A stretch of 64,000 bases of DNA. Origin: Candidatus Latescibacterota bacterium. GTDB taxonomy: Bacteria > Latescibacterota > UBA2968 > GCA-2709665. The DNA lies in the NCBI GenBank assembly GCA_965203805.1, contig OZ241917.1:3712001-3776000 (forward strand), read 5' to 3'. A program made the translations under genes and the position numbers. Positions 1-11,250 of this stretch are shown here, in pieces. The first letter of the stretch is position 1; every line of letters starts with the position of its first letter. The notes beneath the pieces were generated by a model. It did no database searches and was not told the DNA's origin. It saw only the letters and a list, made by a program, of their open reading frames with translations.

Positions 1-153
1 TCGCAAAGTAGGGCGTGATCCGGGTGGATTGAGCGCCGCGCCCGGACATTCCCGCCGCCGCGCCGGGACAATCTCCTTGTCGGAATCTCGAAATTTTGTT
101 ACGTTTCTGTAACATACAATATTATAGGATGTTTATAACTGAAGAAGGGTAAG

Positions 154-1701
154 GTGCGAGTGAAGAGCGAAATCATTATCAATGTAGGGTCTCACGAGTC
201 TCGAATCGCTGTTCTGGAAGATGGAAAGCTGGTTGAAATTCTCGTCGAATGCGCCGAAAACGAGCGCATGGTCGGCGACATCTACAAGGGAACCGTAACA
301 TCGGTGCTCCCCGGCATGCAGGCTGCCTTTGTGGAAATCGGCCTGGAAAAAAGCGCTTTTCTTCATGCCTCCGATATGCCCGGTTCGCCCGGGTCCATGG
401 TGGGGCTGGACGAAGAAACCCTCGAAGAAATCGACGCGCGAACCAACGTCAACGGAAGATCTGTCATTCCCATAGAAGGACTCATCCGGAAGGGCCAGGA
501 GGTCCTGGTTCAGGTCAAGAAGGAACCCATTGGCACGAAGGGGCCCAGGGTAACCGCGGTACCCTCCCTGGCCGGGCGGTTCATGGTGCTGGTGCCCAAC
601 GGGGAGAAGGTGGGGGTTTCCCGGAAGATCACCAACATGTCGGAAAAACGCAGACTGAAGGATCTCGGCCGCGACATTCGTCCCGACGGATTCGGGATCA
701 TTGTGCGGACCGAAGCTTCCGGCAAGGGCGACCGGGAACTGATGCGAGACCTGAAGCAACTGATGAACGTCTGGACGCGCATCCAGAAACTGTTCCGAAT
801 CGCCGATCCGGCCAGCATCCTGCACAAAGAAATGGGCATGACGTCGAGTCTCATACGCGACCTGTTTACCGATGACGTGGACCGCCTGGTGGTCGACGCA
901 AAACAGGAATACAAGAAGATCCAGGCCTATCTCAAATCCACTTCGCCCCACCTGCGCGAACGGGTGGAATACCACAGAGACAGTACGCCTGTCTTCGACG
1001 CCTTCGGAATCGAACGTGAAATTGAGAAATGTTCCGAGCGTAAAGTCTGGTTGAAGGGCGGCGGCTACCTGGTTCTGGACCACACCGAGGCCCTGTTTGC
1101 CATCGACGTGAACAGCGGCCGGTTCGTGGGCCGGTCGAACCAGGAAGAAAACGTGCTGAAGATCAACCTCGAGGCCGCCCGGGAGATCGCGCGGCAGCTT
1201 CGCCTGCGCGATATTGGCGGTATCATCGTCATTGATTTCATCGACATGGCGGTGGCGCAGAACCGAAAACGGGTGGAGCAGGAATTCCGGCAGGCCGTCC
1301 GGCGGGACCGGTCCAGGCCCCGTTTATCGGAGATCAGCGAGTTCGGCCTTCTGGAAATGACCCGGCAAAGGGTGCGCCCGAGTCTCATGTTCACCTTCAG
1401 CGAATCCTGTCCCCACTGCCACGGCAGCGGGCGCGTGCCCAGCCGGGAGTCCACGCTGGCACGCATCGAGCGGTGGCTCAAGAGGTCCAGGGCCGCCTCG
1501 GTCGAACGCAGGCTGACCGTGCACGTCAACCCCACGGTGGGAGATTTCATCCTCGAAAACCGCCGCGAACGCCTGAAGAGGCTGCGCCGGTCCACCCGGG
1601 TCTGGCTGAACGTGGAGAATGACCCGGACCTGTCCGTCGAGGCGTACCGGATGGTTTCCCGGAAGCGGAACATGGACATTACGGACAAATTTAGAACTTG
1701 A
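154..1701 (+). CDS. rng: Ribonuclease G/E family endoribonuclease (RNase G-like, no long C-terminal scaffold)
   Basis: S1-domain start (VGDIYKGTVTSVLPGMQAAFV), DVNSG, RQLRLRDIGGIIVIDFIDM and the CPHCHGSG zinc link; start could be GTG 154 or 160. Confidence 0.92.
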   Translation: MRVKSEIIINVGSHESRIAVLEDGKLVEILVECAENERMVGDIYKGTVTSVLPGMQAAFVEIGLEKSAFLHASDMPGSPGSMVGLDEETLEEIDARTNVNGRSVIPIEGLIRKGQEVLVQVKKEPIGTKGPRVTAVPSLAGRFMVLVPNGEKVGVSRKITNMSEKRRLKDLGRDIRPDGFGIIVRTEASGKGDRELMRDLKQLMNVWTRIQKLFRIADPASILHKEMGMTSSLIRDLFTDDVDRLVVDAKQEYKKIQAYLKSTSPHLRERVEYHRDSTPVFDAFGIEREIEKCSERKVWLKGGGYLVLDHTEALFAIDVNSGRFVGRSNQEENVLKINLEAAREIARQLRLRDIGGIIVIDFIDMAVAQNRKRVEQEFRQAVRRDRSRPRLSEISEFGLLEMTRQRVRPSLMFTFSESCPHCHGSGRVPSRESTLARIERWLKRSRAASVERRLTVHVNPTVGDFILENRRERLKRLRRSTRVWLNVENDPDLSVEAYRMVSRKRNMDITDKFRT

Positions 1702-1726
1702 CAAAACCTCCGGTCTTTGTTACCGT
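1698..1726 (+). promoter_or_regulatory. Putative sigma70 promoter for rplU-rpmA
   Basis: TTGACA (1698-1703), 17-nt spacer, TGn-extended TACCGT (1721-1726). Confidence 0.55.
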
Positions 1727-1788
1727 TTTCGGCCCGTTTCGCGATTGAAACGGGCGGATATGACAATTCGTATTCTGGAGGTCTTTCC

Positions 1789-2100
1789 ATGTATGCCGTT
1801 GTAGAAATCGCCGGTCAGCAGGTCAAGGTTCAGGAAGGAGACCGCATTCGCGTCTCCCGCCTCAAGGCCGAGGCCGGAGAATCACTCACCCTGGATCGGG
1901 TCCTGCTGGTGTCCAAAGACGGTGAAACCAGCATCGGCAGGCCGCAGGTCGATGGGGCCGCCGTGGAGGCCAGTGTCCTGGGGCACGGCAAGCACGACAA
2001 AGTCACGGTCTTCAAAATGAAACGCAGGAAAGGCTACCGGCGGAAGAACGGACATCGACAGCCTTATACGGAATTGCAGATCGACGGCATCTCAGCGTAA
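1789..2100 (+). CDS. rplU: 50S ribosomal protein L21
   Basis: [14 protein letters not shown]...[17 protein letters not shown]; GGAGG at 1777-1781 precedes ATG 1789. Confidence 0.97.
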   Translation: MYAVVEIAGQQVKVQEGDRIRVSRLKAEAGESLTLDRVLLVSKDGETSIGRPQVDGAAVEASVLGHGKHDKVTVFKMKRRKGYRRKNGHRQPYTELQIDGISA

Positions 2101-2168
2101 TCCCGTCCCTGATTCCAGCCCGGCATCGGGATCTGCGGAATTCGGCGGCAGGGGAGGAGGACAACGGT

Positions 2169-2432
2169 ATGGCCCATAAGAAAGGGGTCGGAAGTTCCAG
2201 GAACGGCCGCGACAGCCGGGGGCAGCGTCTGGGCGTCAAAGTTTTCGGCGGTCAGTTTGTCACGGCGGGCAGCATCATTGTCCGGCAGCGCGGCACGCGG
2301 ATCCATCCCGGAAGCATGGTCAGTCGCGCCAAAGACGACTCGCTTTTCGCGCTGGTCGACGGCATTGTGACATTCCAGAACCTGGACAAGCGCCGCAAGA
2401 AGGTCAGCGTTTTTCCCTCAGCAGCCCGTTGA
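2169..2432 (+). CDS. rpmA: 50S ribosomal protein L27
   Basis: [16 protein letters not shown]...IIVRQRGT; follows rplU. Confidence 0.98.
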   Translation: MAHKKGVGSSRNGRDSRGQRLGVKVFGGQFVTAGSIIVRQRGTRIHPGSMVSRAKDDSLFALVDGIVTFQNLDKRRKKVSVFPSAAR

Positions 2433-2584
2433 AAAAGTCCATCCGGGCTGCGGCCGGCCCTTGCGGTCGAAATACTGCGTTGCGCGCCCTCGCCGAATCG
2501 CTGGATGGGACTCGGTTGCGCGCCTTGTCTTCGACCACAATGGCTCGGCCTCGCCTGCAGAGCGACTTTATCAACGGACTGATA
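2420..2584. mobile_element. MITE family A, copy 1 (non-autonomous; TIR GCAGYCCGTTGRAAAAGTC)
   Basis: Inverted ends CAGCCCGTTGAAAAAGTC / GACTTTATCAACGGACTG; homologous along its full length to 32900-33095; supplies the last codons and stop of rpmA. Confidence 0.8.
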
Positions 2585-2600
2585 GCGGAGTAGCCCAGCA

Positions 2601-3530
2601 TTGAAGATCGCAGTGGTTGGCGCCGGCAACGTGGGAGCGACCGCCGCTCAGCATATTGCGGAGCGGGAACTCGCCCGCGAACTGATCCTGCTGGACGTCG
2701 CCGAGGGCATTCCACAGGGTAAAGCCCTGGATCTTGCTGAGGCGTCGCCGGTTGACCGCTTCGATACCCGGGTTTCGGGTACGAGCGATTCCGGCAGCCT
2801 GTCCGGATCCGACATCGTCGTCATTACCGCCGGGCTTGCGCGCCAGCCCGGCATGAGCCGGGACGACCTGCTTGCCACGAACGCGGACATCGTGGGCTCG
2901 GTCTGCGAACGCGTTAAAGAAACAGCGCCCGACGCCATTGTTATCGTGGTGACGAATCCCCTCGACGCAATGGCTTACGTGGCACTGAAAGTTACGGAGT
3001 TTTCGCCCGCTCGTGTCGTTGGCATGGCGGGCATTCTTGATTCCGCGCGGTTTCGTTATTTCATCGCGGGAGAACTGAACGTATCCGTGGAAGACGTGAC
3101 CGCCTTCGTTCTGGGCGGCCACGGCGATTCCATGGTGCCTTTGCCCCGCTACTCTTCCGTGGCCGGCATTCCGCTGTCTGAATTGCTCGACGAAGCCGTC
3201 ATCGAACGCCTGGTCGAACGCACGCGGAACGGCGGCGCCGAGATTGTCGGACACCTCAAAACGGGCAGCGCCTTCTACGCGCCCGCTTCCGCCATTGCCG
3301 AAATGGTGGCGGCCATTGTGCGGGACAAAAAACGAATCCTTCCATGCGCCGCCTGGCTGACCGGCCAGTACGGCATCCACGACCTGTACATGGGCGTGCC
3401 GGTCAAGATGGGCGCATCCGGCGTGGAGGAAATCATCGAAATCGGCCTGACGCCGGACGAACAGCAGGCCTTTCACGCATCCGCCGAGGCCATTCGATCC
3501 AGCGTCCGGAAACTTAACTTTGATTCGTAA
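2601..3530 (+). CDS. mdh: Malate dehydrogenase (LDH-like type)
   Basis: [46 protein letters not shown]; TTG start after GGAG. Confidence 0.95.
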   Translation: MKIAVVGAGNVGATAAQHIAERELARELILLDVAEGIPQGKALDLAEASPVDRFDTRVSGTSDSGSLSGSDIVVITAGLARQPGMSRDDLLATNADIVGSVCERVKETAPDAIVIVVTNPLDAMAYVALKVTEFSPARVVGMAGILDSARFRYFIAGELNVSVEDVTAFVLGGHGDSMVPLPRYSSVAGIPLSELLDEAVIERLVERTRNGGAEIVGHLKTGSAFYAPASAIAEMVAAIVRDKKRILPCAAWLTGQYGIHDLYMGVPVKMGASGVEEIIEIGLTPDEQQAFHASAEAIRSSVRKLNFDS

Positions 3531-3734
3531 GTGTTCGTGAACGTTAATTCGAATATGTGTTAGTTAACAAAGGCGATTTGAAGGCGGATTTCCAGGATAC
3601 ACCAGGTCACTGGACGGGTACGGAAAAAATGTCCTTCCGGACGACCTCAACACCCCGTTTTACACCGGTACCTTCTGTGCATTTTGTGCTTTCTGTGGCC
3701 AATTTGACTGTTGTCTTTTTCGAATTGGGGTTAA
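3514..3734. mobile_element. MITE family B, copy 1 (IS1380-like ends, TTAA flanks)
   Basis: TTAA-CTTTGATTCG ... CGAATTGGGG-TTAA; homologous to 37882-38080 and, inverted, to 27184-27297. Confidence 0.8.
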
Positions 3735-3783
3735 GCTCTAAGTAGAGCAACCTTCGACGTACTGATCATCAGGATGCAATCAC

Positions 3784-3818
3784 GGCCGGGTCCTCAGAAA
3801 GGAGCCGGTTTCTTTTTG
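3784..3818 (+). terminator. Putative Rho-independent terminator between convergent mdh and acnA
   Basis: Imperfect hairpin CCGGGTCCT-CAGAA-AGGAGCCGG followed by TTTCTTTTT. Confidence 0.45.
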
Positions 3819-3872
3819 CGCTCCCCAGGATCGGGCACCTGTTTTTCTCCGTCGCAAACCCGAGGCCGGAGA

Positions 3873-6572
3873 TCAGGACGCCTTCAGGAAATTCCTGAGA
3901 ACCGTGTGCAGAATGCCGCCGTTCCGGTAGTAGTCGATCTCCACGGGCGTATCGATGCGCACCGTTGCGGCAAATGTCGTCACAGTACCATCATCCGCCG
4001 TAGCCGTTACCGTCGCGTCCTGAAGCAGTCGCAGGTCGTCGCCGATTCCCTCGATATCGAACACCTCCCTGCCCGTGAGCCCCAGCGACGCCGCGCTTTC
4101 GCCGTCCTTGTACTGGAGCGGCAGGACGCCCATGCCCACCAGATTGCTCCGGTGAATCCGTTCGTAACTCTCGGCGATCACGGCCCGCACCCCCTGCAGC
4201 GCCGGCCCCTTGGCGGCCCAGTCCCGTGACGATCCCGCGCCGTACTCCTTACCGGACAGAACGACCAGCGGGGTCTCCTCCCGTGCATAGCGCATCGCCG
4301 CATCGTAAATCGCCATCTGCTCGCCGCCGGGCAGATGTACGGTGACGCCGCCTTCAGTGCCGGGCGCGAGCAGGTTGCGGATGCGGATATTCGCGAACGT
4401 GCCGCGCACCATCACTTCATGATTGCCCCGCCTGGACCCGTACGAGTTGAAATCCTTCGGCGCCACGCCGCTTTCGATCAGGTACCGACCGGCCGGGCTG
4501 TCTACCGCAATACTGCCCGCCGGTGAAATGTGGTCCGTGGTGACCGAATCACCCACCATCACAAGCACCCGGGCGCCATGAATCTCCCGGATGGGCGCCG
4601 GCTGCTCCGACAGGTCCCGGAAAAACGGCGGTTCCTGCACATAGGTGCTGTCCGCGTTCCAGGAATACAGCGCCGTTTCCTGCCCGGAAATGGCGTTCCA
4701 GGTCTCGTTGCCGTCGAATACATTGCTATACTGTGTTTCGAACATCTCGGGCTTCAGCGCCTGTGCGATGGTATCGGAGATTTCCTCCTGGGTGGGCCAG
4801 ATGTCCTTCAGGGTAACCGGATTTCCTTCGGCATCCTCACCCAGGGGCTCGCTCGCCAGGTCCACGTCAACCCTGCCCGCCAGGGCGTAGGCCACCACCA
4901 GGGGCGGAGAGGCGAGGTAGTTCGCCTTCACGTGCGGGTTCACCCTGCCCTCGAAATTCCGGTTGCCCGACAGGACCGATGCAGCCACCAGGTCGCCTTC
5001 GTGGATCGCCTCCACCACCGGCTCCGGCAGCGGACCGCTGTTGCCGATGCAGGTGGTGCAACCGTATCCCACCGTGTGGAATCCGAGGCGTTCCAGGTAA
5101 GGCGTCAACCCCGCCGCATTCAGATAATCCGTCACCACGCGGGATCCGGGCGCCAGGCTTGTCTTTACGTACGGGGGCACCGCGAGGCCCCGTTCCACGG
5201 CCTTTTTCGCCAGAAGCCCCGCGCCCACCATGACCGAGGGATTGCTCGTATTCGTGCAACTGGTGATCGCCGCGATCACCACCGCGCCGTGTCCGATCCT
5301 GGCCCTGCCGTTGGCCGCCACGGTCAATTGCCTGGCGCGAACCGAGTCATCCACCCCGAACCCGTTGTGACCGACGGGAGACGTCAACGCCTGCTCGAAG
5401 CCCTGCTTCATGGCGTCCAGCGGCACACGGTCCTGCGGCCGTTTCGGCCCGGCCAGACTCGGTTCCACCGAGCCCAGGTCCATCTCGAGCGTTTCCGTAA
5501 ACGCGGGTTCCGGCGATTCGTCCGTACGAAACAGACCCTGAGCCCGGGTATACCGCGCCACCAGGTCGACCGCCTCCGCCGACCTGGCGGTGCGCTCCAG
5601 GTATCGCAACGTCTCGTGGTCCACGGGAAAGAATCCCACGGTCGCGCCGTATTCGGGCGCCATATTCGCAATGGTTGCGCGGTCGGCCAGGCTGATGCCG
5701 GACAGCCCCGTGCCGTAGAACTCCACGAACTTGCCGACCACCCCTTTTGCGCGCAGCATCTGCGTTACCGTCAGCGCCAGGTCCGTGGCGGTCGCGCCGT
5801 CGGGCAGACTGCCGTACAGCTTGAAGCCCACGACCTCGGGCGTGGCCATATAGATCGGTTGCCCGAGCATAACCGCTTCGGCCTCGATCCCGCCAACCCC
5901 CCATCCCAGCACGCCCAGTCCGTTGATCATTGTGGTATGCGAGTCCGTTCCGACCAGGCTGTCCGGAAATGCAGCGCCCCGCTGGCGCACAACGCCCTTC
6001 GCCAGATATTCCAGGTTCACCTGATGGACGATTCCCGTGGCCGGCGGCACCACCTGAAACTTCTCAAACGCGTTGGCGCCCCACCTCAGGAACTCATAGC
6101 GTTCCCGGTTCCGTTCGAATTCGATCTCCGCGTTGATACGCAGCGCGTCGTGCCGCGCAAACCGGTCGACCTGGACCGAATGGTCGATGACCAGGTCGGC
6201 GGGTATCAGCGGCTCGATCCGCCGGGGGTCCTTTCCCATCCGCGCCAGGGCGGAACGCAGCGCGGCCAGGTCCACCAGGGATGGCACGCCGGTGAAGTCC
6301 TGCAATACCACGCGCGCAGGCATGAAGGGGATCTCCGCCCGGGTGGGCGCCGACGCATTCCATCCCGCCAGTTCCGCGGCATCGTCTTCGGTTACCAGAT
6401 ATCCGTCCAGGTTCCGAAGCGCGGCCTCCAGCAACACCTTGATGGTGAAGGGCAATCGCGAAACCGCGCCGACGCCGGCCGATTCCAGTCGGTCCAGCCG
6501 ATAGATCCATACCTCGCCAGCGGCAGTAGGCAACTTGTCGCGCAATCCGAAAGGATCCTTGTTGTTACTCAT
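3873..6572 (-). CDS. acnA: Aconitate hydratase A
   Basis: [59 protein letters not shown]. Confidence 0.97.
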   Translation of the reverse strand: MSNNKDPFGLRDKLPTAAGEVWIYRLDRLESAGVGAVSRLPFTIKVLLEAALRNLDGYLVTEDDAAELAGWNASAPTRAEIPFMPARVVLQDFTGVPSLVDLAALRSALARMGKDPRRIEPLIPADLVIDHSVQVDRFARHDALRINAEIEFERNRERYEFLRWGANAFEKFQVVPPATGIVHQVNLEYLAKGVVRQRGAAFPDSLVGTDSHTTMINGLGVLGWGVGGIEAEAVMLGQPIYMATPEVVGFKLYGSLPDGATATDLALTVTQMLRAKGVVGKFVEFYGTGLSGISLADRATIANMAPEYGATVGFFPVDHETLRYLERTARSAEAVDLVARYTRAQGLFRTDESPEPAFTETLEMDLGSVEPSLAGPKRPQDRVPLDAMKQGFEQALTSPVGHNGFGVDDSVRARQLTVAANGRARIGHGAVVIAAITSCTNTSNPSVMVGAGLLAKKAVERGLAVPPYVKTSLAPGSRVVTDYLNAAGLTPYLERLGFHTVGYGCTTCIGNSGPLPEPVVEAIHEGDLVAASVLSGNRNFEGRVNPHVKANYLASPPLVVAYALAGRVDVDLASEPLGEDAEGNPVTLKDIWPTQEEISDTIAQALKPEMFETQYSNVFDGNETWNAISGQETALYSWNADSTYVQEPPFFRDLSEQPAPIREIHGARVLVMVGDSVTTDHISPAGSIAVDSPAGRYLIESGVAPKDFNSYGSRRGNHEVMVRGTFANIRIRNLLAPGTEGGVTVHLPGGEQMAIYDAAMRYAREETPLVVLSGKEYGAGSSRDWAAKGPALQGVRAVIAESYERIHRSNLVGMGVLPLQYKDGESAASLGLTGREVFDIEGIGDDLRLLQDATVTATADDGTVTTFAATVRIDTPVEIDYYRNGGILHTVLRNFLKAS

Positions 6573-6703
6573 AACAGACACCCTCAAAAAGCGATCAGTC
6601 ATCAACTCAAATCAAGAGCTGCTTACACAATATATAATATCGTCTTAAGTTCGCAAGTGGGAATCGAACTTCGGTTTCGTCCAAGAGCCGACGCCTGGTT
6701 CCG

Positions 6704-6743
6704 CTCCCCCTTTCCCACCGGGAGAGGGGGTTGGGGGGAGAGG
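6704..6743. repeat. REP-like GC-rich hairpin repeat
   Basis: CTCCCCCTTTCCC-ACC-GGGAGAGGGGG-TTGGGGGGAGAGG; a related degenerate copy lies at ~13268-13298. Confidence 0.5.
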
Positions 6744-6960
6744 TTTGCGGGGCTGGGGGCGGTTCGATTTTTATTCAAACTGACGGCTGAAAGCCGACCG
6801 CACAGGCTCCCCCTTTACATCGCAATCGAATTTATCTAATTTCAATACAATACAAAAGCGAATCGTTGTTATAGATTATATTCCTGATTGGAATGGATTT
6901 GAGCCGCGGGCGCAAGCGTCCGGCGGTCGCGAGGATTCCAAATCCGGAGGGCGATGTGTT

Positions 6961-7848
6961 ATGATCGAGAACATTGAAACCCTGTCCGCGCTTGCCGAGG
7001 CAGGCACCATGACCAAGGCCGGCACACGGCTGCGCATCACCCAGTCGGCCGTCAGCAAACGCATAGACGTCCTCGAAAATGCACTGGGTCGCAAACTCGT
7101 CGAACCCGTCGGCAGACGCGTCCGGCTCACGCCCGCGGGCATCCAGCTGCTTGAGAAGACGGCGCCGTTCATGGCCGCGTTGCGGGAGGCCGTTGCGGAC
7201 GAGTCCCCCGTTCAGGGCAGCCGCCTGGTGATCGGCATCTCGGAATCCATTCTTTCCGCCTGGGGTTCGCGCGTTCTGGCCGGCGTCGTTCAGGCCATTC
7301 CGCAGCTTGAACTCGTCATCAATGCCCATCGAAGCCCGGTTGCCATTGACAACGTCCGCTCCGGCGAATATATGCTCGCGCTGTGCGCGGACATGGGGGG
7401 GTACAGCGCCGACGTGAAGTCGGAGCCCCTTGTGGACGAGCCGATGGTCCTCGTGCCCTCGGGGCTGAAGCCGTTTCAGCTTCGCCGCGATACAACCCTT
7501 CCCGTCATCACCATCGAACCCCATGCCGCGACCTGGCGGCACCTGGAACGGCAGATCAGGGCGCACGCCGGGAACTGGAACATCCGAATCGAAGCCGAAC
7601 AGACCCTGCAATCTTTCGCGGGGATCGCCCAGTTGGCCCGGTGCGGGTTCGGGCACGGACTCGTGCCGCTGGGCATCGCAAGCGCATTGGGCATTCCGGA
7701 CACGAGCCTCATTCGATTCCCCGAACCCGGGCTCTCCCGGCCGATCGCTCTGATCGGACGCAGCACGACCTTCGCCCGTCCCATCGTCAGGACCTTTCAC
7801 CGTATGCTCAGAAAAACCATCCCTTCAAGTCTCTCCGAAACAGGCTGA
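6961..7848 (+). CDS. LysR-family transcriptional regulator
   Basis: N-terminal HTH (TMTKAGTRLRITQSAVSKRIDVLE...LTPAG) plus a substrate-binding domain; divergent from acnA. Confidence 0.9.
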   Translation: MIENIETLSALAEAGTMTKAGTRLRITQSAVSKRIDVLENALGRKLVEPVGRRVRLTPAGIQLLEKTAPFMAALREAVADESPVQGSRLVIGISESILSAWGSRVLAGVVQAIPQLELVINAHRSPVAIDNVRSGEYMLALCADMGGYSADVKSEPLVDEPMVLVPSGLKPFQLRRDTTLPVITIEPHAATWRHLERQIRAHAGNWNIRIEAEQTLQSFAGIAQLARCGFGHGLVPLGIASALGIPDTSLIRFPEPGLSRPIALIGRSTTFARPIVRTFHRMLRKTIPSSLSETG

Positions 7849-7906
7849 TTTCATTCCTGTTTCGGCTTGCCATTCGAGCGCCAAAACCGTATTTTCCGAC
7901 TCCCCA

Positions 7907-9481
7907 ATGTCCAGCCCGGAACGACGTTTTGCCGCCCTGGTCATCCTCGACGGCTGGGGCCTTTCTTCCAACGAGGACCATAACGCGGTCGCGCTTGCCG
8001 ATACACCGGCTATGGACCGGATCGGCGCGATGTACCCGTCCACCACCCTGCAGACCTGTGGACGCAGCGTCGGTCTGCCCGACGGATTGATCGGCAACTC
8101 CGAAGTGGGGCATCTCAACCTGGGCGCCGGACGTGTCGTGACGCAGGCCGTCACCCGGATCGACGACAGGGTGAGGGACGGGGACTTCTCGCGGAATGAG
8201 GCGTTGCTCGCGTCGATGGACCGGGTTGCCGGTACCGATCGACGCCTCCATCTGATCGGACTGGTGTCCGACGGGGGGGTGCATTCCTGGCCCAACCACT
8301 ACAACGGACTGCTCAAAATGGCCGCCGGCCGCCGGCTGAAGCCGGACCAGGTCTGCGTCCATGCGTGGCTCGACGGACGTGACACGCCGCCCAGGAGCGG
8401 TATCCGCCATCTGGCTGCCCTGGTCGAGATGTGCGAGTCCGCGGGCGTGGGCGGAATTGCCACGGTTTGCGGCCGCTACTTCGCCATGGACCGGGACCGG
8501 CGCTGGGACCGTGTTCGTTCGGCCTATGACGCCATGACACTCGGCCGCGGGGCGCCCGCAAGGGACCCGTTCGAGGCCCTCCAGGACGCGTACGATCGTA
8601 ACGAGACGGACGAGTTCGTCAAGCCGATCATAATCGAGGGCCCGGATGCGGGGCCGCCGGCCACCATCGGGAACGACGACTCCGTGCTTTGCTTCAATTT
8701 TCGGGGCGACCGGGGCCGGCAGATCACACGCGCGTTCGTGCTTCGGGATTTCGACGGGTTTGAGCGGGCAGTACACCCAGGGGTACACTATACGTGCCTC
8801 ACGCGTTACGAAGCCGGCCTGCCCGTGGACGGGGTCGCGTTTTCGCCCGGGGACCTGGCCCAGGAAATGCCGGACGTCTGCGGGAAGACGTTGAGCGAAG
8901 CCGGTCTCCGGCAGCTGCGCATTGCCGAAACCGAGAAATACGCGCACGTCACCTATTTCTTCAACGGCCAGCGGGAGGAACCCTTCGAGGGCGAAACGCG
9001 TATCATGGTCCCCTCGCCCAGGGACGTGCCCACGTACGACTTCAAGCCCGAAATGAGTGCGCGGACCGTCACACGGAAATTCGTAGACGCGATCCGCTCG
9101 CGGCGGTTCGACGCCGCCATCTGCAATTTCGCAAATCCCGACATGGTCGGTCATACCGGCGACCTGGCGGCGGCCGTCAAAGCCGTGACGACCGTAGACC
9201 GGTGTCTGGGGCAGATCCTCGCAGCCATCGCGGAAGCCGGCGGCGCCGCCATCGTTACCGCGGACCACGGCAACGCCGAACAGATGATTCACCACCGAAC
9301 CCGCGAGCCGCATACCGCCCATACAGCCAATCCCGCGCCATTCGTTCTTGTCGATCCCCGGTTCCGCGGAAGGCTCAGGGACGGCGGCCGGCTCTGCGAC
9401 GTCGCGCCCACCCTTCTGGGCGTTCTCGGGCTTCTCAAGCCGGAGGCCATGACGGGAGACGACCTCAGAGAGATGTCCTGA
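7907..9481 (+). CDS. gpmI: 2,3-bisphosphoglycerate-independent phosphoglycerate mutase
   Basis: ILDGWG, GNSEVGH, AETEKYAHVT, NFANPDMVGHTG, TADHGNAE. Confidence 0.97.
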   Translation: MSSPERRFAALVILDGWGLSSNEDHNAVALADTPAMDRIGAMYPSTTLQTCGRSVGLPDGLIGNSEVGHLNLGAGRVVTQAVTRIDDRVRDGDFSRNEALLASMDRVAGTDRRLHLIGLVSDGGVHSWPNHYNGLLKMAAGRRLKPDQVCVHAWLDGRDTPPRSGIRHLAALVEMCESAGVGGIATVCGRYFAMDRDRRWDRVRSAYDAMTLGRGAPARDPFEALQDAYDRNETDEFVKPIIIEGPDAGPPATIGNDDSVLCFNFRGDRGRQITRAFVLRDFDGFERAVHPGVHYTCLTRYEAGLPVDGVAFSPGDLAQEMPDVCGKTLSEAGLRQLRIAETEKYAHVTYFFNGQREEPFEGETRIMVPSPRDVPTYDFKPEMSARTVTRKFVDAIRSRRFDAAICNFANPDMVGHTGDLAAAVKAVTTVDRCLGQILAAIAEAGGAAIVTADHGNAEQMIHHRTREPHTAHTANPAPFVLVDPRFRGRLRDGGRLCDVAPTLLGVLGLLKPEAMTGDDLREMS

Positions 9482-9525
9482 AAACCGCTCGGCGCCCCGA
9501 CGCGGCCCACCCATGAGGAAACCCC

Positions 9526-10689
9526 ATGAAGATCCACGAATACCAGGCAAAGGAAATCCTCAAATCGTTTGACGTTCCCGTACCCGACGGCCGCCTTGCC
9601 ACCACGGCCGGCGAGGCCGGAAGCGCGGCGGCCGAAATCGGCGGCGCCGTCGTCGTCAAGGCCCAGATCCACGCCGGCGGCAGGGGCAAGGGAGGTGGGA
9701 TCAAAATCGCGCGGAGCCCGGACGAGGCCCGTGAAGTTGCCGGGGACATGCTCGGACGGAAACTGGTGACGCCCCAGACAGGCCCCGAAGGGCAGAACGT
9801 CAAGCAGGTGTGGATCGAAAGCGCCACCGATATCGCCCGGGAACTCTACCTGGGCGTGGTGTTGGACCGTGATCAATCCAGACTGGTCATCATGGCTTCC
9901 AGCGAGGGTGGCATGGACATCGAAGAAGTGGCCGCCGCCACGCCGGAAAAGATCCTCAGGGAGACCGTCGATCCGGCGGTCGGGCTTCAGCCATACCAGG
10001 CCCGCCGGCTCGCTTTCGGCCTCGGTCTGGAGGGGGGGGCGTTCAAGCAGGGCGTGCGGTTCATCGACCGCCTCTGCGCCGCCTACATCGGCACCGACTG
10101 TTCACTGGCCGAAATCAACCCCCTCGTCGTGACCGCCGATGACAACCTGGTGGCCCTGGACGCCAAGATGAACTTCGACGACAACGCGCTCTTCCGCCAC
10201 GGAGAGATTCGGAAACTCCGTGACACCGACGAGGAAGACCCTCTGGAAGTGGACGCCTCAGAATTCGATCTCAACTATATCAAGCTCGACGGCGAGGTCG
10301 GCTGCATGGTCAACGGCGCCGGTCTGGCCATGGCCACCATGGATATCGTCAAGCACGCGGGATCGTCCCCCGCCAATTTCCTGGACGTGGGCGGGGGCGC
10401 AAACGTGGAGCGGGTGGAGAACGCCTTCCGTATCCTGCTTTCGGACACCGGCGTCAAGGCCGTGCTCATCAATATTTTCGGCGGTATCGTTCGTTGCGAC
10501 CGGGTTGCCGAGGGGGTGGTTCAGGCGTTGGGGAGTTTCTCGGTCAACCTGCCCATCGTGGTGCGCCTGCAGGGGACCAACGCCGAAGAGGGCGCGCGAA
10601 TTCTGGAGAACTCGGACCTGAAATTCACGGTCGCCCGGGAGTTGAAAGAAGCGGCGGAAGCGGTTGTGACGGCGGTTCGGGGACGGTGA
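9526..10689 (+). CDS. sucC: Succinyl-CoA synthetase beta subunit
   Basis: MKIHEYQAK, KAQIHAGGRGKGGG, GCMVNGAGLAMATMD, NFLDVGGGA. Confidence 0.96.
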   Translation: MKIHEYQAKEILKSFDVPVPDGRLATTAGEAGSAAAEIGGAVVVKAQIHAGGRGKGGGIKIARSPDEAREVAGDMLGRKLVTPQTGPEGQNVKQVWIESATDIARELYLGVVLDRDQSRLVIMASSEGGMDIEEVAAATPEKILRETVDPAVGLQPYQARRLAFGLGLEGGAFKQGVRFIDRLCAAYIGTDCSLAEINPLVVTADDNLVALDAKMNFDDNALFRHGEIRKLRDTDEEDPLEVDASEFDLNYIKLDGEVGCMVNGAGLAMATMDIVKHAGSSPANFLDVGGGANVERVENAFRILLSDTGVKAVLINIFGGIVRCDRVAEGVVQALGSFSVNLPIVVRLQGTNAEEGARILENSDLKFTVARELKEAAEAVVTAVRGR

Positions 10690-10736
10690 AGAGAAAAGCC
10701 AAATGGCTGCATTCTTTGCAGCCACCTCCCTTTGTG

Positions 10737-10865
10737 TATGCCAAAATGGCATATTTATGCAAAAATAGCAGAATTCAGACGAGGCCGGTCCAGGCACTGG
10801 AATTGATATCTACTTGTTTTTAAGATATTTCGCTAGAATTCGCAGTCTGTGGTACTCATGTTGCT
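10737..10865 (+). promoter_or_regulatory. Putative sigma54 promoter with upstream inverted-repeat enhancer
   Basis: TGGTAC-N5-TTGCT at 10850-10865 fits the -24/-12 consensus; inverted repeat TATGCC-AAAAT-GGCATA at 10737-10753. Confidence 0.6.
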
Positions 10866-10922
10866 TCAATTGGGTTGTTGGTCCTATCAAGAATCGGAAG
10901 CCTAAAGAACAGGAAGCCCCTT

Positions 10923-11216
10923 ATGCCCACGTATGACTACGTATGTGAAGCGTGCAGCCATGAGTTCGAGCACTTTCAGAGCATTACATCGTCTCCGTTG
11001 CGCAAATGTCCGGAATGCGGCGAGCGAAAACTGAAGCGGCTCATCGGCGCCGGGGCGGGACTCCTCTTCAAGGGCTCGGGTTTCTACATTACGGACTACC
11101 GGAGTGAAGGATATAAAGAGGCCGCGAAGAAAGACGCGCCCAAAGACAAGAAAAAGGAATCGAAAGGCAAGGGCGGCAGCGGCGCAAAGTCCAAGAGCAA
11201 GGAAAAAGCGGCATAA
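10923..11216 (+). CDS. FmdB-family zinc-ribbon protein
   Basis: [13 protein letters not shown]...CPECG...[11 protein letters not shown] with a Lys-rich tail. Confidence 0.9.
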   Translation: MPTYDYVCEACSHEFEHFQSITSSPLRKCPECGERKLKRLIGAGAGLLFKGSGFYITDYRSEGYKEAAKKDAPKDKKKESKGKGGSGAKSKSKEKAA

Positions 11217-11250
11217 ATCAAGCCGTAATCAACAGAAAGGAAGACAACCA

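Noticed and set aside
4530-6839. 769-aa plus-strand ORF and other long antisense ORFs (e.g. 33213-35462, 7808-9550)
   Set aside because: They are shadows of real genes on the opposite strand in GC-rich DNA and have no recognisable motifs.
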